Source: Tubiluchus corallicola
Taxonomy: Eukaryota > Animalia > Priapulida
DNA: 64,000 bases
Direction of reading: 5' to 3'
Assembly: GCA_030141605.1 (NCBI GenBank)
Contig: JAQGDQ010000047.1
Location: 1-64,000, forward strand
Both the position numbers and the translations under genes were made by a program. The notes beneath the pieces were generated by a model. That model was not told the origin of the DNA. It searched no databases and saw only the letters and a program-made list of their open reading frames with translations. Positions 11,739 through 25,217 of the stretch are shown in pieces (the stretch's first letter is position 1; each line of letters begins with the position of its first letter).

Positions 11739-14135
11739 GAAATAGCGCAGCCTGCCCAGCTACGTCACAGCCAGTATTGCGGTAGACTGGGTAGAGCCAA
11801 GGCCCTTATTAGTTATTAGTCAATACGATGTTTTTTTTACAGTTCACCATTATAGTTAAATTACTGTACCTGACATTACTTCCAATGATAAGTCAGCTAA
11901 TAAAATAACTATTATCATTGCATGCCTGCATTAGTGGAATTCCGTCGAGTTTATGAGAGAGAAACAATTATTTTTCCGCCATGTCGTGGAAATTCTAAGT
12001 GCATACAAGAACAATAAAATGCTTCAACAAATGTGTGAATAATGCAAGGAAAGTTAATTAAATTAATTGTAAGAATCTGCCTGGATTTTGTTTTAATTTT
12101 TGTGGCAGTAATTGAGAGCTTCGTCTACAAACAAACAAGTTGCAAAAGTCCTCGCCTGGGTTGTTGTAGAAACAGACTCAACATAGTGCAGACAATTACA
12201 TTTTATTCTGCTGGAATTCATGAATTTCTAAATGCACCGAACAATGTGAACATCAATTAAATGTGCTGCTAGCAGCTAGCATGACATAGTAACGAAGTAT
12301 AATTTTGTCAGTCTTGACAAGAATGTGTGAAATTTATAAAGTTCATGTAATGATACAGATATTACAACACAATAATTTTTACTTAATGTTAAATATTTAT
12401 ATATTTTTCAGTCCCTGCAGGTAAGATTTAATGAGTACGAAGCAACAGTTTAGCTGTTCTCCCTTTGCTCATACAACAACTGAGAAATAATTACAAACCT
12501 ACGAAAAGTATATTAATTTTAAAAATAAATATTTTTCCTAACCATTAATGTGATAAAGTTAAGTATGAATTTAATTCACAGAGCTCTTTCTATAGCAGCC
12601 AGGCTGTTTTAATGATTACTTACAAGCCAATTTTGTAATACTGTCAGTTTTATGAAGTGACTATTCAAATCAGAATTTCATTTAAGCTAGATTAATGTTT
12701 TCTCAAAGAAATCACCTGAAACTCTAAAATTGAGAATGACTGGAGAGAGAGGAGTGAAAGTCATTTTTGCATTTTTTTGACAAAATTGTCTTAGCAGAGT
12801 AAAAAACAAAATTATAGTCATCATACAAGCTCAACTTGATTTTGATGATATTCCCCCTTAACCTCTAGTAATGATGTGTCCATCAATAACAACTCTTTGT
12901 TTTTACTTTGTCAACCAACAATCTATATATGTGCTAACTGCCTCAGAAATGGTATACCATGTGCAGCAACATTTTTTTAAACCTTTGAAATATTTATATA
13001 ATGGTCTCCCCACGTTTGTAATTGATATCAGTTACTGTGAATGCTCAACTGTGGTCCACCTTGGCATGTTGGTTGAAGGGTCAATATTGGTTGCCCCACT
13101 ATTGCCCATCTTTGATGTGTATATTTTAGTTTTGATTATTGAAACATGCATAGATCTGGTTTCCCACTGAACCAAGAACAAGATCAGCAACATTGCACAG
13201 AAGAAAAATATATAAGAAAAACAAAATATAATAAAAAGGAAATTCAGATTTTGTTAACAAGAAAACTTACAGCATCTAGCATGTACCTGTATTGCTAACC
13301 AGGGAATTCAACAATTTGTGACAATTTCTTTAAAAAATTATCACGTTCGACACATTAGACACGTTAATTAGCGACCATATATTCATTATAACACCTCAGT
13401 GGCATTAATTCTAACTATACCCCTGTCCGTGTCTTACTAGATGTTCTAAACGACGTTGGCGTACTGGACATTCCTCGGTGAGTATTAAATTCAAAGATAA
13501 TGTCATGCAAGAAGAAGGCATCATTTTGGTTTATCAACTTCGTGCCTTTTGCATAGAAGTTGGTTACTTAATGGAACATGTAATGTTAGCAATAACTTTT
13601 TGTAGTCTTGTTTATTTTACAGTATTTCCGTAGTGTTTGTAAAGGTTGCTCACTTACTGAGATTCGTTTCTTTTCGTGATGCTAGTTACGGTATAACCGC
13701 CAGGTAAATTTTGGTAATTTGCACAAGTGCGGTTACCAACGTTGGAAATCTAATTGCCAATGATTGCTCAGTTCCTCTCATACTTACTCAAGGCCAATGT
13801 TTATGTTATTTAAACATACTATATAAATAACGATTTTAGATGGAGTATTAAGAAGAGGTTTTTGAAAACTTGTCTTTTGAAAAGATATTTGCAGCATTGT
13901 CTTGTAATACATTTAAAAAATAAAAGCTTATTTTTAGACAAGTGATGTCTGTTGCGATAACACTAGAGCGAAACCTGTGCATAATCCAATGACTTTCACC
14001 CAGTGGTTTATGTTCAGAAACATTGAAAGAGAATTTTACATTTATTTGAATGCCTGTTTTTAAAGGAAAACTGAACCCAGTTCTAAACCGTAGGTCAAAA
14101 ACAATCTACCCTTTAACATATTGAAAGAATGTATA

Positions 14136-15064
14136 CAGTAGGCGCCGCTTAACAGACTCACGGTTACTAGACTCAATCACCTAAATGACTCAAAACTGCC
14201 AGGAACGGGCTGCTTCTATTCAAATATACGTAAAAACTATCGGTAATTGACTCTAATAACTCCGCATAATTGACTCAATTTTTTCCTTCACCTACTTAAA
14301 ATAAGATATTTGTGTATGCCAAAAGAGCCTTTCCTACTTTTATGTCGTCTTTACTTCGTTTTTGTGCACTATGTGTGCAGAAACAATCACGTTAAGTACC
14401 TTTCTGTTTGTAAGCAGGTACGTTTATCATGCACTGATACGCTAGCATAGCGGTTTTACTTTGAATCTGTTACCCAAAGAATTTCTGGAAGCTAAACAGC
14501 TTAATCACTTGTCTAGCAGTTTCCTTTTGATGCTCTCGTTGCAAATCATGCTTTCAGGCTTAATGAGTTAACAGTCAAAGATGCAGGTACAGTAATTAGC
14601 CGGTATTCCTTGTGACTTACATCATACAGCAAATAAGAGCAATGTCAGTGAACAGACCATTCAGAACTGTTTTAGTCATGCACAAAAACAGATTTTCAAC
14701 GTTTTTATATTTATAACTTTGTGGGCCAACTTCTTCGCGAGAAAATGAAGCAGCCGACTTTGAGGGAATTTTATAATTTTGACAAATGAGCAAATAAGTC
14801 TGTGATTTAGAATAGTTTTTAATTTATTGCTGATTCACTTATATGAATTAATATTTTAAAATGTTTTTTCTAATTTTTAACTGCACAAAGGAATTTAGGC
14901 ATTATTTCGTTTCTAGAATTTCATTAAAAACCTTTGCAGTGCATAGTAAGCTGGTGGCTCATACTTATACCTGTAATACTACACCCATCGGTTAATAGGT
15001 TCAGTCGGTTAATTTGATCAAAACACGTCGGTCCCAAAGTGAGTCTATTAAGCGGCGCCAACTG
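14136..15064 (+). mobile_element. Non-autonomous pogo/Tigger-like (Tc1/mariner superfamily) DNA transposon
   Basis: 26-bp TIRs cagtaggcgccgcttaacagactcac / gtgagtctattaagcggcgccaactg (24/26), TA on both sides; internal remnant NVSEQTIQNCFSHA at 14641 resembles the pogo 'TI.NCF' motif. Confidence 0.88.
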
Positions 15065-15362
15065 TATTTTTAAAGAATGACTTAACGTTGAAGAATTATT
15101 ACCACACATTTCTAGTTCTTCGCTGTCGCATGCATTTCGCCGTTTGTTTGTTAGATGGTCATTGGCACCTGTATTTCGGAAAGGCTTTGCATGGAAAACA
15201 GGTGCTGCACTTCTCAATTCAGACTTGTTCATGTGTTATGCAGTACATGCGTTCAAGGGCTCATGCCTGAGCACAGTGGTAAATTTAAACTTTCAATTTT
15301 TATCTTAAAATTTGCCGAGTTTTAAATATGACACTGAACGTTGTATAGTAGCAGAGTACTTC

Positions 15363-16618
15363 CAGCGGCGTAGTTAGAGCTTCAGGCCACTTGAGTTTGC
15401 TGCCCGCCAACCTGAACTACAACACCTTGAGTAACAACATCCTTGTGTAGGAGGATTTTAGAAACTACGAGTACGGCAACTAATTCTGAGTACATTGACA
15501 ATTTACTTTAAAAAAATTGTCTACCCTTTACTTGAATTTTGACTGCCACCTGTAGCAATGAAGTAAAACTGTTTTGTATTTCAGGAACTATTTTAATAAT
15601 ACAGCGTAGCACTGAGGGTTTGAAATAGATTCAATTTGTCCTGTGAATTGTTAATACCTTAATTGACTCGCCAGACAATTTTCAACTTGTTTAATCTTTG
15701 TCTTTACAATGTACAAGACGAAGCAGGTAGAAATTGAAACTACAACAACACGGCATGTCGAAATACTCCATGTACTTTAAGCTTATATCGCGTGTGACAG
15801 TAGTGTGTCAGAAAAAATAAGATGCCCACAATGTCAAAAAATGATATTTTTAATTCGCTAACAATCATCAAACATATACACATATTTTGTTGTTAATAAT
15901 GAACACATCAATAAAATTATGAAACCAATGTATAAGAAAATCTTATGGAGCTCAGAAACGGTTCCAGTTTCAGTAGTAACAGCACATTCAGAAACTGATC
16001 CAGTTTCAACCGTAACACTTAGGCTCAGAAATTACTTGAGTGTTAACAGTATAGCTTCACCAGTAGTAGTTTCCTCGTGACTAAGTTCAGCAGTGCCCGT
16101 TCACTCTTTCTTAGTGATTCCTCTCTAGCCTTTTTCTTCTTTCTAAAAGCACCACCACTCTCTTTTGTTTGGTTCATGTATAGAAAACTTGGTAGATTAA
16201 TAAAGCTTTAAAAGCACTAGTAAAAGATTATTTGCTAAGGATGAAGCGAATTTACCCTGCATGATTGAAGAAGCAAAAGTTAGATTACTTTGCAGCTTCT
16301 TTAAATTTTAACAGAAGAAAGACTATATAAGTGTGTTTCGCAGAGTGTCAGTTAACGTAAAACATGTACTGCAAATTTTGAAGGAAGAGAATGAAACACT
16401 ATGTAAATATCACAAAGCTATTAAATTACTAATTATAAATGATATTTTATCATCTTTCTTTGCCAGAAACTTTCGGCAATAAGCGTTATAAGCAGTGGTT
16501 TTTGTGGGCAATTGTTAGGTTTTTGTTTTTCTACTGTTCCTAGTGAATGAATTTTTCCAGTGGACTTGATCAAAGTGCCGCCTGCACCTCCCCCCCCCCC
16601 CCATTAGCTATGCCACTG
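15363..16618. mobile_element. Non-autonomous hAT transposon
   Basis: Perfect 8-bp TSD AGTACTTC (15355-15362 and 16619-16626); TIRs cagcggcgtagtta / tagctatgccactg; transposase-like remnants inside. Confidence 0.88.
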
Positions 16619-16697
16619 AGTACTTCAATTTTTGATTTCACAAACATGTGCAGTACGCTCGTAGAATGTTTGTGCTTTTGAAAATTATGTTCGTTTG

Positions 16698-16705
16698 TGA
16701 CGTCA
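16698..16705. promoter_or_regulatory. Palindromic CRE (TGACGTCA) in the presumed ZC3H15 promoter
   Basis: Exact CRE/ATF octamer about 350 bp upstream of the ZC3H15 ATG; function untested. Confidence 0.35.
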
Positions 16706-17052
16706 TTACTTGCTGGACTCGTCGCCCACCATTAATTAAGTTTTCACCTATTATTTAAATATCAGAAACACTTTGGCATTGTTAAGGGGTTAAAATGTAT
16801 ACATTTTACCATACTTCAAAATGGGGTAGGATATGAAAAATTGTCCTGTTTTGCTTTAAGTGGGCCTGACTGGGCTTTACTCTTGTCTTGACTCTTAATT
16901 GGTTGATTTGATATGTATTCCTTTATTCAGGAAATATTGAAAAATAATCTATGAAATACAGCTGTTTAATGATAATAACTTAATGATAATTTCTTAATGT
17001 TCTGTTTGGTAATTATTTTAATGAGTTGAAATTTTTCAGGGAGTGATAAGCA

Positions 17053-20000
17053 ATGCCACCAAAATCAAAGAAAAATGAACCAAGCAAGAAAACAGAAGCT
17101 AAGAAAAAAGAGAAAATAATAGAGGTACACATGTTTTTGTGAGTAGTTTTTATGTATACAATCTTACGAGATTCCATTTGTGAAACTGAGGTCTTTTGTT
17201 CCATGTCAGTTTCATTAAAACATTGCAAAATTGCAACATAATTGAAGAATCAGCATTTAAAATCATGCGTAGTTTACAAGTTTATTTTAAGTTGTCAGTA
17301 TAATAGTCATATAAATATTGTGATTATCTTGAGTTTAGGTGCAGAATTTTATATTCTTTGCATTCAAATTTTAATAGTTTTTGTGTTTATAAATTTTAAT
17401 TATTTTTGCCAGGATAAAACATTTGGTTTAAAGAATAAAAAAGGTGGAAAACAGCAGAAATTTATCCAAAATGTAGAAAAACAAGTTAAATTTGGAAATG
17501 TCAGTGCAAGAAAGGTAAGCACACTTAATCACTAACTCTAGTTTTGCTTAACCATGTTTTAGATAATACAGATTTTACGAAATTGGGTATTTTTACTGTG
17601 CCTTGTGACGTATAACGTTTATTGAAGCATATTTAGCCATATGTTTCTTAGCAGTAAACAAATAAGAAAGAAACTTTGACAAAACAAAAAAAGGTGAGTA
17701 TATTTGTTTTTCTTGGAATTTGCAAACTACTGACTTGTAAAAATATAATGATTTGAAATATTGATTTTCATTTGGTTTTATGGTTAAAAATAGGCAGGTG
17801 AAATAGATCAAGCAACAAAGAAAAAAGAATTACAGGAAAAGAAGAAAAAGGAACAGGAAGAATTAAACTTACTCTTTCGACCTGTTCAACAAAAGGCAAG
17901 CAAAGGTGACATTTGCTTTTTTGTTCAGTTTTGTTTACAAGTTACTTATTCTTAATTTCATGACTATATATTTGTGATGGCATGAACCCACTATTAAGAA
18001 ACAAAAAACCAAAGGTGATCTAAAAGAAAATACTAAAAAAGTTCAGACTTGGACCGGGAGCTTTAGATTAGGCATAAAAATTGTTTTTATATGTGTGCTT
18101 TATCTTTCTTTTTCAATTAAAATGAATAAACCAGGTTATGAGCATGTAATGTAAGCACTAGCACTGACCACTGAGCTTAATTATCCACATTTGATGCTTA
18201 AAAACACCATCTTCATGACATCATTTTGTTTAGAATTTCGAGATGGCTGCAGCCACTTGTGTAATATATTAGCTATAATATTGCACGTTCTACGACAGAC
18301 AGGATGATGATTTTAGTATATAGATTTTGGCTTTAAAAATAAAGGGTATGGAATAGTATGCAGTATGGCTGCTATTTTCAAGATGGCTGACAAGATTTGA
18401 TGTCCCAGATATTTCTGAGCATCAGATATGGATTTCTTGGCCTTCAAAATTGTATTTAGACACCCAAACCATCGTCTTGTCTGCAGCAACAGCTAAGATA
18501 GGACTATGGCTTTCAGAAAATAGTAACAGCCAAGAATCTTGTTGAAAATGGTGGCCACGATGATTTTCGCTTGGTCTCATCCAATTTCCAAAATTAATCA
18601 TCTTGATAGGTTATAGCAGTGTGACTAGTATTCCAAAGTTTACTAACTTTTATGCGAAATGAGCAAGTTTTTCACTATCCTGCTAAACAATTATGCTGAA
18701 TCCCAGCGGCCATTTTGTTTTTTGATTATTGGACTGTTTAAGTCATTTTGCATCTGTTTTGGGGGTCTTGTAGCATTGTTTTAGATTCCCCAAGGTCAAA
18801 TTGATGATTTCATTTTGTGTGGCGGCCACTTTGAAAATGGTGGCCATTTTTGAAATAAAAGTAACAGAAATGGATTCCTTAGGTGTTACTGGCCTGGAAT
18901 AGATGTCATAATTGCCTCTTAATATTACTTTTCTGGGCATTACATTTTACGAATATTGTTTGAGCAAAAACTTAACGACCATTTTTGTGTTTTTAACCCT
19001 TTTGCACTAATTTTTCAAGCCGGCAACTATTTTTTCTAATTCAGCTTAGTCAAATTAATAAGAATTAATTTGTTACCCACTTTTAGAAAAAACTTCTCCA
19101 GCGTTCCAGTTTTCTGAAAATTACTCGAAAAGTGCCAGATATAAATTGTGTCGAGTCCCAAACTCCCTAATAAATTTAATGCTTTGAGAGGCTCACTTTT
19201 ACTTGTACTGAAATCCAAAATTTATACTTTTTGATCAATAATGAAAATGATTTATCTTCTCTTTGCAACTATATAAGTTAGCCCGTATTGAACAATTGCA
19301 TTATCAGATTATTTCATTAGGAGTAACACTGTACAGGCTGCAGTGGTGCCTGGTAGCTGCTACGGTATCAAGTTACAACTTTGGATGGATGAACACTGGT
19401 CATTTTATTTACATTTTACAAATGACTTGATAAAAGGTGAATCTGGTAACCATCGGTAGGCAAATAAAAAATTTTATTTTGAAAAATGGGATAAAATAAT
19501 TTGAGTCGCACCTAAAACGGTCGGCAACCAGAAACACAAATTTTTTTCTGTGCCTTAATAGATTGTAAGAAAATTCTAAGAACACTGGCTTGAATACTAT
19601 GCTACGGCAGGCCACTTGTGATCAATGCAGGTTTTAATTCAATCTTAGTATCTCCCAGCTAATGAAACATTACCAATTGTTATTTTATCCTGCCGCTGTA
19701 ACTCCTGATCATTTAGATTGTTTTGTCATTAGAACCTAGAATAATCTTTGAGTGACTGGTTCGTTATTTGTTAACTTACTTTGAAAGTGATACACTGATA
19801 ATATCCTTTCAAAATACACTAACTGTGGATTCATACGCACACTGATAATATCCTTTCTAAATACATTAATTGTGGGTTCATGCCTTCTAACTCGTTATAA
19901 TGTTTTTATAATTTGAGTGATTTTTAACTAATATTGCTTGTGAAGGTATAAGCACTTTCTTTTCAACTTTTTTATAGGAATCGGTAGTCAGTAAACTAAA

Positions 20001-23000
20001 TGTTTATAGACATTTATTTGTATTGCATATGTCTGCTATATTTGAAAACAATTAGAGCTTACTTTTGCTTATTTTAATCCCATGATAAGAAAGCTTTATT
20101 CGGTGAAAGTTGGGAAGCAATCAGGAAAACTTTAAAGCTGCTGAGTAATTTTAATTTTCTAAGGATAAAATGTGAGTACTACTTTCTGAAAACATCTTGA
20201 CTTCATTATACAAGTAATTTTGCTAAGTAAGTTGTTGTTGCACTTGTTGTGCGCTACATAAAACCACAAAAAATGAAAATGTGTTAACAGTCAGTAACTG
20301 AATAAACCACCTTTCTCTAATTTTCTTGTCTTCCAGATGCTGATCCTAAGTCAATACTCTGTGCTTTCTTCAAACAAGGAGCATGCAGCAAAGGTGATAA
20401 GTGTAAGTTTTCTCATGACTTGGCAGTGGACCGAAAGGGTGAGAAGAGAAGTCTGTATGTCGATGCAAGAGGAGACGGTAAGTAAAAGTTAAACAATATG
20501 TACTCTTAACCTCTTCATTGCTGTGCAGTTTGTATTTTAGCTGGCATAGGAGAACATTTTAAGAATTGCTACTGATACTACAGACTGCAACTTTTGCTAT
20601 ATCACCATCAATTTTACTGCCGCAACTATCATTGCTACCACAATAGCTATTGACAACCCTCCATAATTTCCACTTCTGCCACCCTGCTGCTGTTCTCCCA
20701 TACCATCATGAGTACTACCATTTTCATCAATGCCATGTCATCACATCATTTGAAAAATTGTTTTGTTTTGCGTGGTATAATACAAAGCATCTTGCAAAAT
20801 ATAAGATGTAAAGACTGCATTTGCTAAAGTGTAATTGGAAAATAGTTAGCTAAGTAATATAGATAGAAAAATTACTTATTAATTACCTTTCTTTAACAAA
20901 TGGCTACAGCCATATATACATATAGCCATATTACACTGCAGACGGGCATTGCTTTAGCATGTCTGGAAGCGTTAAGTAAGCAGCTATTGTATATATGTAT
21001 GTTTGTGACATTAGGACACGACTGATTGTCATAAGTCCACCTTTACCTAAATAAACACTGCTCTTTTTTCATCATTTGAGTGGACATATTATTTTCAAAA
21101 TGATTTTAATTTATTAATCAGAAGATACAATGGATCAGTGGGATGAGCAAAAACTGGAAGATGTTGTGACAAAAAAGCATGGTGAAGCTGACAAAGCCAA
21201 ACCAAAAACTGACATAGTAAGTCATTTTTGCTATTGTGAAGTATGGTGAAATAGCAGTCATGCTTGATTTCCTATATGTTTCTGGAATGTATGTTTCAGT
21301 TTTAACTTTATTCTTGCATTTAAATTTTTTTCATAATATTATAGTATTGTCAGATGCACTAAGAATGAACATTTACATCGCAATGTCACATAATATCACA
21401 TTTGCTTTTGTTCAGATTTGCAAGCACTTTTTAACAGCTATCGAAAATAAGAAATATGGATGGTTCTGGGAGTGCCCAAATGGAGACAAATGTATATACA
21501 GACATGCTCTTCCTCCTGGATTTGTACTCAAAAAAGATGTACCAAAAGCAGAGAAAAAAGATGAAATTTCCATCGAAGAACTGGTAGAAAATGAGGTAAC
21601 TGTTGAGTTTCAATGCATTTTTCTTCAAATATAACTTTTACAATAGTGCAAAATAAGATTATTTTTACATTCATCTATGGATACCTACTGTTCTCTGTTT
21701 AGTGTTTTACATTTAGTGGAGCAGAATTATTTGAAACTTTAACTAGAATAATATCAGAAAAACTATGCAATATGTCAAAAGGGCTTTCCACTGACTGAGA
21801 GGGCAGACAATGAACAATAGTAATTAATAAATAATAATAAACTACAAATATTAAAACAACAAAAGATTTAGTCTGAGGCTAAAAGTACACGATTTCGCAG
21901 CATAATATCATAATTGTTAAGTGAGAAAATGCAGTTATAACTTGTGAAACTAAAACCATTTGGCTAATTATATGTTATTAAAATATATGTTAAAAAGTTA
22001 ACACTTGTCAATGGCAAACTGGTAGGTTTCTTCTCATCAAGTTACTTTATTGATTTTAGTCTGTTTTACTGAAATTTTCATATAGATAAATGTTGAGTCT
22101 TAATATATATATATATATATATATATATCATAATATAGTCAACAAAAAGCCTGGTGAAATGCTACAAGATAAAACTGATAATAATAGATCATTGTTGAGA
22201 GTTATTGATTTTTTTTCCAGCTGCTGGCTTTGATGTTCAGCACTCTGTTCAGTAGAAAATGATTATTAAAATCATAATTTCTTTTTTGTATTCCTTTCCC
22301 AGCAAGACATTCAATCAGTTGGTTTCCAACATTAAACATTTTTGGGCATACTTAAACGTTTTGATGTTATTTTAAATGTTTCGCCTCTACTGTATTATCT
22401 GTTTTGCTTGCAACATTCCTTAGGCTGTATGTACGATTTTTGAAGTTTAATAAGTTTTTTAATATTTGTAAACAGAGAGCAGCACTCGGTCCAAACGTCA
22501 CAAGAGTTACGCTAGAATCATTTCTCGCTTGGAAGGAGAGAAAGGTGTGTAATTATTTTGATAATATGCTATTTTTTATTGATTAATATCATTTTTAATG
22601 AGTAACATTTTAAACCTAACCGTATGTTACTTTTAATTGCTCTATGCATTCGACTGTATCAGTTGCATTCATTAAATATCAACAATTCATTATCTTATTT
22701 TCTTTTGCATTTCACCATCAATATTTGTAGTTAAAAGAAAAGAAGGAACAGTTTCGCTCTGAACAAGAAAAGAAGAAAAGTGATTACAAAGCTGGTAAAA
22801 TTTTTGGAGTAAGTATGAAAAAGATTGTTGTTTTAAAGGCATTGTGTTTAGCAGAGTTGAGCATTTTCAATGAATGAACTGTGAAATTCTGTCTTCTGTT
22901 GTTTTTTTGATTAATCTAGGTTGAATCTAATAACTTTGTAGAAATTTGATTTTGTTCTGCTAATAATTCGAACTCTGTCTTTGTAATGCTGTTCTTTTAT

Positions 23001-25217
23001 TTATTTTAACCTATTGAATAAAGACAAAAACATGTGTACAAAGAGCATTTAAGTTAAGATTTCACATATTTGAATCATGTTTTCCACAGTATGCATTTGT
23101 TGCTGTCAGATTTTTCAAAACACAAAAACTTTTATATAAGGTGAGTCATTTACAGTTTGGCTTCTTCCTAACTATGAAATTTTCACCTTTATCAGCCCTG
23201 TATAAAGCTAGTAGTGGTGTTTTACTACATATGTACAATAATTTTGAGAACAGTGTGTACATTCTTTGAAAGAGCATTAAATTTTCTTTCCAGTGATGTT
23301 AATTTATTTCATAAGTTTTATATTTAGTGTGCAAATTAACAAAATAATTAAAAAAATGGGCAAAAATATTTTGAAATCCTGCTTATTCTAAAGTTTCATT
23401 TATCACTAAATTTGAGCAGAATTTGGTTAGAATTGCTTTGAAATCTTGCTTATTCTTAAGGTTCATCTGTTAAAAATTATTTAATTGGAAAATACACAAA
23501 CTTTTATAGCTCTTTCTATGTGGACATATAGTGGCTTATAAACATCTTTGTGTATTTGTGCAAACTAGTAAAACAATAATACACTGGCAGCCAATACACT
23601 TTTGTGTACATAGTCTACATAGCACATACGGGTCAGTACTTTCTTCTGCAGTAAATGCTGTTCACTATCAGTGAAAATTCTTGACGATTTCAGTAAAAAA
23701 TCGTTAAAAGTGTGAAACTTGTAGAGTGACTATAAATATTGATTTTACCTGCTGAAAAGATGAGAGAGTGTATTTACTCATCAAAAAAGAGTGTCGTGTG
23801 AAGTTGGCTTTTCTTTCTAGGAGAGCACAAATATGATAACTGATAAAGTTACATCTAAAGGCTTCCAAATATTGGGGGGCATGAAGTATATTTTCTTTGG
23901 CTTTTATTGATTTGGAATCAAAGTTAGTTATGCTTTGCTTGACATCTAAAGTCTATTTTAGATTAGTGGCAGGGAAATGTTCACTTTCAAGCCCGACCTG
24001 GCATTAGAGGATGACGAAGAAGCCGATGATGTGTATGAACGTGAATATGAGGTATTTGTTCACATGGTTGCTATGCAGTGGGACTTTCATGACTACATAA
24101 ATTCACTAAGATACGACTGATAACATATAGCTCTATGCAATAATTCTTTCCCATAAATACTTGTGTATGAAATAGTATCATAGCATATACGTGCGGTATT
24201 TATTTTCTTGAATTTCATGAATATACATTTAAACTAAAGGAATTAGGCTAAAGGCATTTATCTAATCTAGTGCAGTTGTTAAGAATCAGGCATCTCAAGT
24301 TATTTGTTGTCATTCAGTTGTTTTGAGATTTTATGGGTCTTAAAAAATGAGTTACAGAAAAAGCAGGTACAGTAATTGCTCATGATGTGCCACATTCCAC
24401 TTGAAAATTGCATCATACAATTTTACAGGATAGTGATGATGATGGTACTCAAGCCAAAGAGATAACAGCTGAAAGTTTAGCCATGCTAGCGACAAGTGCG
24501 ACAGATACAGCAGCATCACCTCACATTATGCTAAACAATGTCGGTAAGTTTGTTTATATATGTGATGGGAACACAAAAGAATTTCCTTCATAGCATATGG
24601 TGTTCGCAGAAATCTTTATTTCTGTACATATAAAAAAATGAAAATAATAAATTTGACTGCTTTTCACTGATTACAAATGTATAATAATCTAATTATTATA
24701 ATTTAAGATAATAAAGTAAATATTACTCACATCGTGCGGCTATAACAACTTAATAGATCCTTGGAACGTCATACTGGTTTACAGCAAATCAGGTAAAGAC
24801 GCTATACTTGAACATTTGTCAAACATTGTTTAACGTTTGCTGAGGCTTCTGTGAGCGTGTTTAGCAAGGCACTACCTAATTTACAACTTCACAGGTAAAA
24901 TTACAGGTAAGTTCACATAGGTGCTGCCACCTACATGTTAAGGCCAGAAACTGACCTTAACAATATATATGACCATTTTTCCAGTCTTTACTCATCATTC
25001 TGCAGCTTTCTATGTACTCCAATTTTTTTCATTTTCAGATGAAGCTACTAAACTGGCTGAAGCAAGTGCGTTACCCAATGGCATCGATGCTTCCATTGAC
25101 AGTGATGGTCTGGAGGCTGGCGGAGAACCAATACCAATCAATGAAGATCTTTTTGATCCCGACGATTTGGATGATTTAGATGAAGATTTAGAAAATCTGG
25201 ATTTGGAAAGTCAGTGA
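17053..25217 (+). CDS. ZC3H15: Zinc finger CCCH domain-containing protein 15 (DFRP1/Tma46 family), 11 coding exons, 410 aa
   Basis: Exons 17053-17124, 17413-17514, 17794-17905, 20337-20477, 21122-21216, 21416-21595, 22476-22544, 22731-22808, 23962-24051, 24429-24543, 25039-25217; all GT-AG and in phase. MPPK...[19 protein letters not shown] fingers ([19 protein letters not shown]; [17 protein letters not shown]), [16 protein letters not shown], acidic tail. Confidence 0.97.
19792..19882. repeat. Imperfect 47-bp tandem duplication in ZC3H15 intron 3
   Basis: acactgataatatcctttc... at 19792 and 19839. Confidence 0.85.
22103..22128. repeat. (AT)n microsatellite
   Basis: Pure AT run. Confidence 0.95.
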
